Source: Spizellomyces punctatus DAOM BR117 (lineage: Eukaryota). From it: a DNA stretch of 64,000 nucleotides. Both the position numbers and the translations under genes were made by a program. The notes under the pieces are model-generated. The model ran no database searches. It saw nothing but the letters and a program-made list of their open reading frames with translations, and was not told the DNA's origin. Shown piece by piece: positions 54,472 through 64,000 of this stretch. The stretch lies in NCBI GenBank assembly GCA_000182565.2, contig KQ257456.1; one strand, 5' to 3'. Numbering within the stretch: the first letter of the stretch is position 1; every line of letters starts with the position of its first letter.

Positions 54472-56004
54472 TTATTGAAAGACGGGTTTGTACAAAACAG
54501 TCGTAATGTACTAATGACAGGAGTGTTCATCAGTTAAAAAGACTTTAAGAGAGAATAGTCACCACACACAGCGAGTGCACTCACCTTCATTCGATACCTG
54601 GTGGTACACCCAACCGCCATGACGCCGTCTCTGATCGAACAAGCATACATATGGTTTAACGTGACATGGTTCGGAACCGGCAGTATACTTCGATCATCGC
54701 GTGACACCGCATGAGAATTGAGTAGCACTTTCTCGAGGTGAGGCGGGAGCTGTGGAGGTGGATCCGTTGGAGGGGGCGCGGGAGGGCCGGTCGACGATGA
54801 TGGAATTAAATGATGGGAATTGAAGTGCGAATGAGAATGGGAAAGAAGATAAGAGGGTATTTCGGAGGTATAAGCTTCCGGCGGAGTTGAAGAGAGAGGT
54901 GGTGGCGTTACTGGTGAAGGGAAAAGTACAGATTTAGATAGACCATACAAAGATCAATAGAATTTTCAACATACGTCGGCCGTCTGATAGCTTCGACAAG
55001 CCATCCAGTCCGTCTCCCTGTCCCTCCCCAGTTTCATCTGTCACTTCCAAGTAGTTGACGAGATTTCCGTCAGCATCTGATGCGATGGGCAAATCTTCGG
55101 AGCACTTCCATTCGTCGTCAACTATAAATTTGAAGCGATGGGTGCCTGGCGGCATGTCAATCACAGTGGTAAAATCGGCATTGCTAGAAGAGCAGGGACG
55201 AATTAATAAGTTGCATCATTTGGTTGGTAGCCGCAGTGGCTTACCTTCTTGTCATCCGAATCTTTTGCTTCCAATTATTAAAGGTGCCAGTAACATACAC
55301 GGCACCACCGCCCTGCGCCCAGCTTATCATTATTGGTATCACGCCATTCGTCTTTTCCACTTCTAGCAGGGGATAATAGTAATTACATTAGCTAAAGTCC
55401 CTTACGAGTAGAGATTCTTTGTCAAGATTGTACCTCTCCGATTCATTCCATATCCATGTGATATACGAGAGGTATTTCGATAACTTCTTTCATTAGGTGG
55501 CTGTACATAGGACTGAGAAGGTGCGGGAATGGGTATAGATGTTGGCCCATCTCCCTTGCCCAGTGAAGCGCCAGCGCTGGTGTTGAGCTCTGCGGAAGGT
55601 CCAGTGTCAAACTCCATGCCTCCTATCCCGGCAACCAAATCATCTTCTGATGGACCACTGAGCCTGTGGGGTCCAGGATTTCTCATAGTGGCGGCAGCCC
55701 ACTCCTCTTCTCCAAGTGACGAGTTACGTGAAGGCAGTCGTTGATGTCCGAGTGGACGTAGTGAACTGCGAGGTGCAGGGGCGTGTGCTAGTGATTGACC
55801 AAAGTTGTCGGACACCATAAGAGGTGACCCGACGAATGGCGAGTCGTGTACAAGAGCTGCTGCAGGTCGATTAGGTATACTTGTGGGTGAAGTTGTCGAT
55901 TGTGATGGAGCACTGTTGTTTGACTGTTGATTCTGGCCGGAAGCAGAAGAAAAACTCAAACGTGGTTTTCGGCTGTTGGGATTCGTAGAGTTTGCGTTGC
56001 CCAT
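54472..56004 (-). CDS. AMPK/SNF1 kinase beta subunit
   Basis: Myristoylation-type start MGNANS, glycogen-binding domain (VTGTFNNW, HRFKFIVDDEW), PPQLPPHLEKVLLN, LPVPNHVTLNHMY and YITTVLYKP. Confidence 0.93.
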
Positions 56005-56466
56005 TTTCGTTCCTAAATACTATGACATGGAGAAAATGGATCTCAAGACTCAAGATCCTGCACGATCTTTGGGCAGCCGCATGCACTGCGCAAACAAGCA
56101 AAGCTTGGAGTCAGCAAAGGGAAAGGAAGGTCTCCAAGTCGCTGCAGCAAAATGGGGAACGTTCAGGCCACCAGACAACTTGAGGTCTCACAATCTACAC
56201 CTCAAAACAATCGATGCCGAGAAGTGCCAGAAGGTCCCGACGGGCGAACTCAAAATGCGTCCGTCGTCGTCCAGGCCAAGGCACTGGCCACCAGCCACAT
56301 TCAACATCATCAGACCCAAAAAAGGGAACATGATGTGGCACGTGTTGTGGCGTGTGCTGATGACCAACAATGCCTCGATCATGCCAAGGTTTCGCCAGGT
56401 TGCCCTTCCGCATCGCCTTACCATCACGCCCAAACAACTCTGCAACCTTATCTCTGTGTTCAACGT

Positions 56467-57454
56467 ATGCGGGATAAGAGGTATTCCAGGTCGCGCACTC
56501 GCTCTCGATCTCCAGCTCGAACTCGCCGATACTCGTCGAGGTCTGAGCACGACGCCACTTCACTGCACCATGGCCACCGTCGATCCCGTTCAAAATCTGG
56601 TAGCCCAGACAGGAGACGTAGTTCCTCTCACGGGGCACAACCTAGTAAGGACAGACATAGGAGGAAAGCTCATAAGCGCCCCACTTCCGTGTCTGGTAGC
56701 AGCTCTTCCGAGAGTTCCTCGTCTGACACGGACACGGAAAAGCGTAGAAGAAAGGAAAGGAAACATAAAAAGCATAAACATGGTAAAGACAAAAAGAGCA
56801 AGAAAAAGTCCAAAAGGAGAAGCAGTGCACTCGATGGGCTCGGAACTGGGATCCTAAGTTTAGTTGAGAGCGAATTGGTCAATTCTGCGCCAAAACCAAG
56901 CGAGAACAGCTTGATCAATGGTAGTGCTCACAGCCATGTTTACGTCATAGAACGTATGTTCAGATATCGGCTTTTTATGTATAGCCCATCGCTATTCAAC
57001 AGAACCTGTCAAGCCGCCTTCCACTATCACGCTGAGTAGCAAGGGCTCAGTACCATTGGCGTCCAGCCATCCTGCTGGACACGGTAGACGTCATGTGGGT
57101 GCCCCACAAACTCGGGAGGAGTATGAAAAAGAACAGAGTGTGGTAAAGGAAGTGTTTGATCCTTTTTCGGGAAGAATGAGGTATGTATGTGCGTCTCTAT
57201 ACTTTTTCTTTTTGCACTCGGTACATGGCTACTTTGAGCATGAGATATGGAGGATTTTTTAAAATCTTGTCTTTGTGCACTCTTCTCTCCCTGTCATATT
57301 GCTTTACGTCGAGAGACTGGTCAAAGGATCCGGTGAGATCATTGAGCGCATTGTTACCCAAAATCAGCATCGAGAAATTAACAAGATCGCGACGCTGGGC
57401 GACGGGAACATGTATGCGAGCACATTGGATAAGGTTGCCAAAGGCGGTCGATAG
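56467..57454 (+). CDS. ARL6IP4/SR-25-like splicing-associated protein (start uncertain; frame is open from 56152)
   Basis: RS-rich and K/H-rich N-terminus. C-terminal [39 protein letters not shown]...HREINKIAT. Confidence 0.82.
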
Positions 57455-58324
57455 AGCTCTAGTATTTGAATAGTGATTCCTGCTGCTCATTCTCACAAAT
57501 GTCTATGAATGTCGTCTGTCCATCGCTTGAAATCAAAGAATGCGATACATGGCGTGTCCTGATGCAGCGATTCCAATTGTAAATGCGTGCATGTGTTCCA
57601 TGGGCCTGCGTTAAAATGGATTCTGCATGTGCAGCAATAAATCAATAAAAGGATGAGACATGCAGCAAGGAATTCACTGAAAGCTATGGAAGGATATCGA
57701 ATAAAGAACAATTTGGAAGCTCATAGAAATTGGATGTGATGGTCCAAAATGGATTTCCGTTTTGCTTTCCGCGCGACGCTCTTTTTCTTTTTACTTGTCT
57801 TCTTTCAACAAACCCCCCCTTCTTCTACTTTCTCGTTGAAAACGATACAAGGAAGAAAGCGAGAGTTCAAAAGGTAATAAAAGCCCTTGCTTTTGCAGTT
57901 TGCTTTTACGTAGAGTTTGTTCGCGTCATCAGCCAGAGCGCCCTTTTACCTGGCAACGCGACGCTTTCAATTTATTTCTCGCTGTGTGAAATACTTTTCA
58001 TGCTGACTATCCCTTGTCCATCCCCATTCCTTCCGTCATTTGCTTGCTAGCTCGCTCGCGAAGATTCCCTCTCAATCCTTCTCCCTATTTGGCACCCTCC
58101 TCCCGACACCGGGCACTAACCTCGCCGCAGATATTCTCATCGGCGTCGTCGCTATTGGAGTTGTAGGCCTACTTGCAAACTTCCTCTTTCGCAGAACATC
58201 AAGCAGCACCAAGCGTCGGCGTAATAAAAAACGCACGAAGCAAGAAGCTACTCATCGTCAACAGGAGCCGCTTTTAGACGAGCGACATAAAGACACTACC
58301 AGTAACGGACCAAAGATCAGCACA

Positions 58325-61131
58325 ATGTCTGTCGTTGGTATCGATTTTGGAAACTTGAACACGGTTGTGGCTGTTGCAAGGAACAGGGGCATCGATGTTA
58401 TCGTCAACGAAGTATCCAACCGTGCTACCCCGTAAGTGTTATACTTGCTTTCTACGGCGCGACGCGGGAGCGGTGTGAGATCTTTGGTGGCAACGCGAAT
58501 CATTGTCATGATCTAACTTTGATATCTTCATCTTGCAAGATCCCTAGTATCTTTTGGCGAAAAACAGCGATATCTGGGAGAATCTGCAAAGACACAGGTA
58601 ATGATGGAGATTTTGCTTCTACATTGCTCAGACATTGAATTTTACTCATAAAAATGATCTCCTTCACCCCACAGGAAATTTCAAACTTTAAGAATACCGT
58701 CGCGGGATTGAAGCGTCTAGCAGGGCGACCGTTCAGTGATCCTGATATCCAAATTGAGAAGAAATTCATCAATGCAAACTTGGTCGAAGGCGAACGCGGC
58801 GAAGTCGCAGCGTCGGTCTTTTACCAGGGCGATCAGCGCTCTTTCACTTTCACTCAACTTTGTGCAATGTTCCTTGGTAAGGTGAAGGAGTTCACCGGAA
58901 AAGAGATCAAGACGCCTGTTACGGACGTTGTTATTTCATGCCCTGGTTGGTTCACCGATCGCCAGCGGAGAGCGATCTTGGACGCAGCCGATGTCGTTGG
59001 GTTGACTGTTTTAAGGTTGATGAACGACTCCACCGCCGCTGCTCTTGGATACGGTATCACAAAGTTGGATCTTCCTGATCCATCTGATGCGAACGCAAAG
59101 CCACGTAATGTCGTCTTTTTCGATCTTGGGCATTCGTCGTGCCAGGTGGCCGTTGTATCATTCGTCAAGGGCAAGCTGGTCGTGAAAGGTACTGCCTACG
59201 ATCGCAACTTGGGTGGTAGGGATTTCGATGAGGTGCTTGTCGAACACTACGCCAAGGAGTTCAGCACCAAGTACAAGATCGATATCAACAGCAATGCCAA
59301 AGCTAAATTCCGGTTGAGACAAGCAGCTGAAAAGGTTAAGAAGATCCTCAGTGCAAACGCTGTCACCATGCTGAACGTCGAGTGCATCATGGACGATAAG
59401 GATGTATCAGCCCAAGTGCAGCGATCCGATTTTGAGGAATGGGCGGCACCTCTTGTTGAACGCTTGTCTGTGCCGATTAAAGAGGCACTGGCAGCGGCCG
59501 GTATCACCCCTGAGGAAGTGGAGTTTGTGGAACTCGTTGGTGGCAGCACCCGTATTCCCGCCGTCAAGCAAACTCTTTCCGACTTGTTCGGGGCAAACAA
59601 GTTGTCCACGACCTTGAACCAGGATGAGGCTGTTGCCCGTGGGTGCGCTCTCCAGTGCGCCATGATCTCTCCTGTCTTCAAAGTCCGTGACTTTGCTGTC
59701 CAGGATTGGAACAGCTATCCCATTGAGCTTGCGTGGAGCTCTCCTGAGAAGGGCGACACAACTATGGAAGCCTTCCCAATTGGAAATGCTATTCCTAGTA
59801 ACAAAGTATGTAGCATGACTATGTCAGAAATTTGTTCCATACATGTCGTTTTAACATTTGGGGTTTCTGCAGGTTTTGTCCATCTACCGTGCCCTCAACG
59901 ATGACGAGCTGAGTGCTCAAGGAGGCTCTGTTGCCGTTGATATTGAAGCTAACTACGGAGAGAAGAGGGCTGAGCGCCACTTCCCTGAGGGTACTGGACG
60001 TTGGATTGGCAAGTGGACCGTCAAGGGTATCAAAAAGGTTGGCACACCCGAGAGTCAGACCAACGGAGCGTCCGCACCGAAAGCATCTATCAAAGTGAAG
60101 ACCAAACTGGACGGAAACGGCCTTGTAGCGTAAGTTGATGTGAAATGCTTGCAAGATGATAATCGCAGTGTCCTAAAAGTTGTCATTGCAGCGTGGATAG
60201 CGCCACCCAAATCGAGGAAACGGTTGTTCCCGTGGAACCGACAAAACTGGAGGCAGAGAAGAAGGAAGAAGGAGCGGCCAGCATGGATGTTGACAACTCG
60301 GCAGAAAGCCCAGCTGCGGAGTCGCCAGCGGCGGACGCGCCTAAAACCAAGCGTGTGACCATAAAGCACAACCTTACTGTTGTTGCACAGACTACTGCTG
60401 CCCCAGCTGAAATACTCAACAAGTGGAAAGATGAAGAAGGCCAGATGTCCGCGGCCGACCGTCTTGTGATTGACACAGCTGAAGCCCGTAATGCCCTCGA
60501 GGAGTACGTTTATGACACACGGTCCAAACTCGAGATGGCGTGGAGTGAATATACCACAGAGGATGACAGGTCCACGTTCATGAAGAAGCTGAACGATATG
60601 GAGGAGTGGCTGTACAGTGATGAAGGAGAAAACGCAGGCAAAGGCGTGTACCTAGAGAAGCTGAAGGAACTGAAGAAGCTCGGGGATCCTATCCGCCGCC
60701 GTTTCCTAGAGCACGAGGAACGACCGCGTACTGAGAAGCACCTTCGGGACTACATTAACTCCGTACTTGTCAACGTAAGCGCTGGGGATGATCGCTACGC
60801 GCATATTCCCAAAGAAGACCTAGACAAGGTTGCAAAGGAAGCCCAGACCAAGTTGAACTGGCTCAATGACTCGATTGCCAAGATCAATGAACAACCAAAG
60901 CATCAAGATCCTGCTATCACCGTGGATCAAATCAACAAGGAGCGTGAATCGTTGCATATCTTTGCCACTCCCATCTTGAACAAACCCAAGCCTGCACCAA
61001 AGGTGGAAAAGAAGGAGGAGAAGAAGGAAGCAAAAAAGGGAGAGGCGAAGGAAGACAAGATGGAAACGGATGAGAAGGAGGGCTCAGACGAGGGAGCCAA
61101 GGATGAAGGCAACCGGATGGATGTCGACTAA
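58325..61131 (+). CDS. SSE1: Hsp110/Sse1 chaperone
   Basis: [56 protein letters not shown] and C-terminal MDVD. Confidence 0.96.
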
Positions 61132-61682
61132 GGATCAGCGGGAAGAGTACTTACATAGACGGTCAACTGCGGGAGGCGACGTGCTTTCCGTTTCGACTGG
61201 ACAGTGGCGGATTTCTGGGGGGTGGGGGGTTACTGGCTTTTTCATTGTATTTGAATACTGTGCTTCATTTGGAAGGAGCTTTGTGCCTTAGACTGGAATC
61301 TTCATATTTTTCCTCGTATGTATTGAACATGACATGGATGCTGAGATATGACATTTCGCTTTGAAAATGATTTCATTTGAACAATTCATAATAATTCTTG
61401 CAGTTATGCTGGGAGTCCAAATCTACCTGTTACACCTCTGCGTACTCACTTCTGGATACCCTCTCCATGGAAATGATGATGGCGGTGAAAGGGGCAAAAA
61501 CGAACAAAGGGAGCGGAAGGTCAAGCACTTAGTTTCTGACAGCAGCTGATTTCAAATTTACATGTATTCATTGAAACGCCGCCCCCTCATATACAAGATT
61601 TCCCTCCACATATTCTCATTAATTTGGCACCACTATCCCAAAGCGAGAAGCCAGTTGCATTCAGCACAACTGCCAGAACAAA

Positions 61683-64000
61683 CTACATGTTCACAAATAA
61701 CTTGTTCATAATGCTCAACGTCTCGCTCGGAATTCTATACTGCAGCTGTCCCGCATACATGGTCAAAGCAGCCGCTAGCTCCTTGAGCTCCGCTAGGTGT
61801 CGGTCCCGTCCTGGTGCTTGTCCAGCCGTCACCCGCTGCATCGTGAGTGTTTGGTGGATATGGCTAATGGCTGTACAAGCTGCAATCAAAACATCGGACA
61901 TGGTCTTGCTCACTAAATCCGAAACCAGTCTGAACGCGTTGGCCTTGGCATGAACCTCATTCACATTGGTTGGCACCAGCCCCGTCTGCAGTAGAAGGGG
62001 TAATGCGGCATCGTAAGCTGTTCTGTCGCACAGCTGCATGAATCGCATTAATCTGGTGAGCAATTCACATGTTTGACGAGCTTCAATGGTAATTCTCCCC
62101 AGCATTTGTGGATTACTCTTGTAAAAGTCCAACAGCTGTTGTGCCAGCTCCACAGGATCGCCAACGCGCACAAACACGTCCGTTATCTGTCCCGAATGGT
62201 CATCACGCGATATCGAATCCACATCATCGCGGTATCGGTGAGCAATGAGCCTGTCGCTAAGTTGCCGACTCAAAAGCTCAATAACGCGACCGTGCTCTCC
62301 AGCAAGATAGTAGAGCCGTAGGGCGTCCTGGAATCGACCAGCCCGCTCTGCTTGCTCTGCCGATGGTATTGTGATATATAGCTTGAACTCTTCCGCATTG
62401 CGTATGTGGAGGAGGGATCGATACCGTTCAGCTTCACCAGGCACGTGGGTTCCAGTAGGCCCAGCCTCTCCAAGAAGCTTCTCAAAGTCCTTTGACGCCA
62501 AAGCCACATCACGAATCAGTCGATGCGCAAAGGTGGTATATTGCGGGCCCCCTTGCGAAGAAACCGATTGCGCCCGTTGTCCCCATGCAAGTTGCATATC
62601 TTGATGTGTGAGCGGCTCACCCAAAAGACCGAGGAAGAACACGTATTGTAGGGCAGCGATTGGATCACTTCGTCCAAGATCCCCTACAAACGCTCCAATC
62701 AATTGCGCGACGTTGAAGTTGTACACTGTGTAGGTTGTTTTGGAAGGAAGAGAGACCTGTTCCGCCACAATTAGCATATTCCCATCTTGAAGTTCATTCG
62801 GATTCTTTGGCACCCGTAAAACGCCATAATAAACCATTGCGATCGCAAAGTGAAGTGCGTCCACCGAGAAAGCTTCCTGCTTCAACAATTCAGATATCGC
62901 CAATTCGAAATCACCGCAGAGCAGAAGCATCTGAAACCATATCACTGGGTTTTTGAAGTGGTCAAGACCAAAGTGCCGGACTTTGAGAGAGACGTCACGT
63001 AATGTGTACCGTTCTTGTAGCGCATCAGTTTCGAGCACTTGCTCCTTTGCAAGCATAAACTGCAGCCACATGTAGTCCTCGGCTGACCCGATTACGTTAG
63101 AGTTGCGTATTGTTTTAATGGATACATCGCAACGTCCAATGATTTTGTACAGCGCGAGTTGGAAGGGATCGACTTCGGGATCATTATCGTGATCTCGCAA
63201 ATGGGCGTTCCATTCCTGGAGCAATCGATTACGCAGTTCCCGCGCGAGTCTACCGGAAGGATCTTGTGCCCAAGCTTTAAAGTATGCCGCAAAATAGGGG
63301 GCGGCCGTTTTCAAAAAGTCTGCGTGCTGATCGATATGTTGACTTGCCTCTTGGATCAATCCGCATCGCACCAAAGTGAAGACATGTGCCCAAAATGGAT
63401 GACCGTGGACGAGTCTTAATCCCCTCATCCAGCCAGTATTCCTACAGAACCGCATTTCCAACATGGCCTTCACTTCGCTGTGCACAGTCGGATTGCCTCC
63501 AACAGCTGCATGCTGTCTGCGAACAAAATCCGAAACCCAACTACGATAGTTATCCTCCAGCCAAGCGCGCGCGCCTTTGGCGATTTTCTGTCGAAATTCA
63601 CCCGCTGTAGCAGGGTTTGCGAGGACACCGGCGAATTGACGTGGCTCCAAAAGCGGTCGGCTGGGATCTCTTGCGTAATCGAGATCTCCTCCAAGCATTC
63701 GGTACAAAAGGGTCCAGCATCGTGCCAGCATGCGCTGGGACGTGTCGTTGGTCGCAAGTGTCTGAGCGGCTTCGAAAAATGCAATAATGACATCAACGTT
63801 TTGTCCTGCCAGTCGCCTCTGATTGATCTCTCGCACCACTTTGAAGTACGCTCCGAGTCGCGGATGCATGCCCATACCGCCTAAGAGATATGGATTAGGG
63901 AGGTTTGATCCATATAGTTCTGCCATCAACAATGCCTTACTCTCGGTCCTAGAAGTATCGGTACCAGCTCCAGGGCCCGCACCAAGGCCACCTATTCCTG
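61683..64000 (-). CDS. NIC96: Nucleoporin Nic96/Nup93 (5' part outside window)
   Basis: ARAWLE, PFWAHVFTLVRCG, DPFQLALYKIIGRC, EDYMWLQF, ALHFAIAMVYYG and C-terminal YAGQLQYRIP. Confidence 0.9.
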   Translation of the reverse strand, partial: GIGGLGAGPGAGTDTSRTESKALLMAELYGSNLPNPYLLGGMGMHPRLGAYFKVVREINQRRLAGQNVDVIIAFFEAAQTLATNDTSQRMLARCWTLLYRMLGGDLDYARDPSRPLLEPRQFAGVLANPATAGEFRQKIAKGARAWLEDNYRSWVSDFVRRQHAAVGGNPTVHSEVKAMLEMRFCRNTGWMRGLRLVHGHPFWAHVFTLVRCGLIQEASQHIDQHADFLKTAAPYFAAYFKAWAQDPSGRLARELRNRLLQEWNAHLRDHDNDPEVDPFQLALYKIIGRCDVSIKTIRNSNVIGSAEDYMWLQFMLAKEQVLETDALQERYTLRDVSLKVRHFGLDHFKNPVIWFQMLLLCGDFELAISELLKQEAFSVDALHFAIAMVYYGVLRVPKNPNELQDGNMLIVAEQVSLPSKTTYTVYNFNVAQLIGAFVGDLGRSDPIAALQYVFFLGLLGEPLTHQDMQLAWGQRAQSVSSQGGPQYTTFAHRLIRDVALASKDFEKLLGEAGPTGTHVPGEAERYRSLLHIRNAEEFKLYITIPSAEQAERAGRFQDALRLYYLAGEHGRVIELLSRQLSDRLIAHRYRDDVDSISRDDHSGQITDVFVRVGDPVELAQQLLDFYKSNPQMLGRITIEARQTCELLTRLMRFMQLCDRTAYDAALPLLLQTGLVPTNVNEVHAKANAFRLVSDLVSKTMSDVLIAACTAISHIHQTLTMQRVTAGQAPGRDRHLAELKELAAALTMYAGQLQYRIPSETLSIMNKLFVNM

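Noticed and set aside
55976-56857. 293-aa alternative-frame ORF and antisense ORFs over the ARL6IP4-like gene
   Set aside because: No recognisable protein features; best explained as a shadow of RS/K-rich low-complexity coding sequence.
57937-57954. U5 snRNA loop-I-like CCTTTTAC
   Set aside because: It is not the invariant GCCTTTTAC in the correct stem context, and there is no convincing Sm site.

Overview
This is a compact, intron-rich fungal chromosome segment. The Zn2Cys6 factor, Bfr1, ERD1 and Bud4-like genes, with mostly ~50-65 nt GT-AG introns, suggest an early-diverging, possibly chytrid, fungus; that assignment is inference. It holds about 30 protein-coding genes and one tRNA-Val(AAC). 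Most are housekeeping: BCKDH E1-beta, cytochrome c, UBA1, cyclophilin E, I9 protease inhibitor, ERD1, BFR1, EF-hand type II NADH dehydrogenase, UPF0052/CofD-like, Zn-ADH, Zn2Cys6 TF, CHMP1, tetraspanin, ORC6, pinin, MFS, P5B-ATPase, anillin/Bud4-like, ceramide synthase, AMPK-beta, ARL6IP4, Hsp110 and NIC96. Two loci stand out. (1) Just downstream of the tRNA is an unrecognised ~595-aa gene whose N-terminus has ParB/Srx-fold-like motifs (IRYSQ...PPMVVV...TADNRR) and which contains a recent, frame-preserving 148-bp intron+exon tandem duplication. (2) The Hsp110 ATG is preceded by an in-frame segment encoding a transmembrane helix and a polybasic stretch, which an upstream AUG exon could splice onto. 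Gene boundaries were read by eye from splice motifs, and no database search was run.
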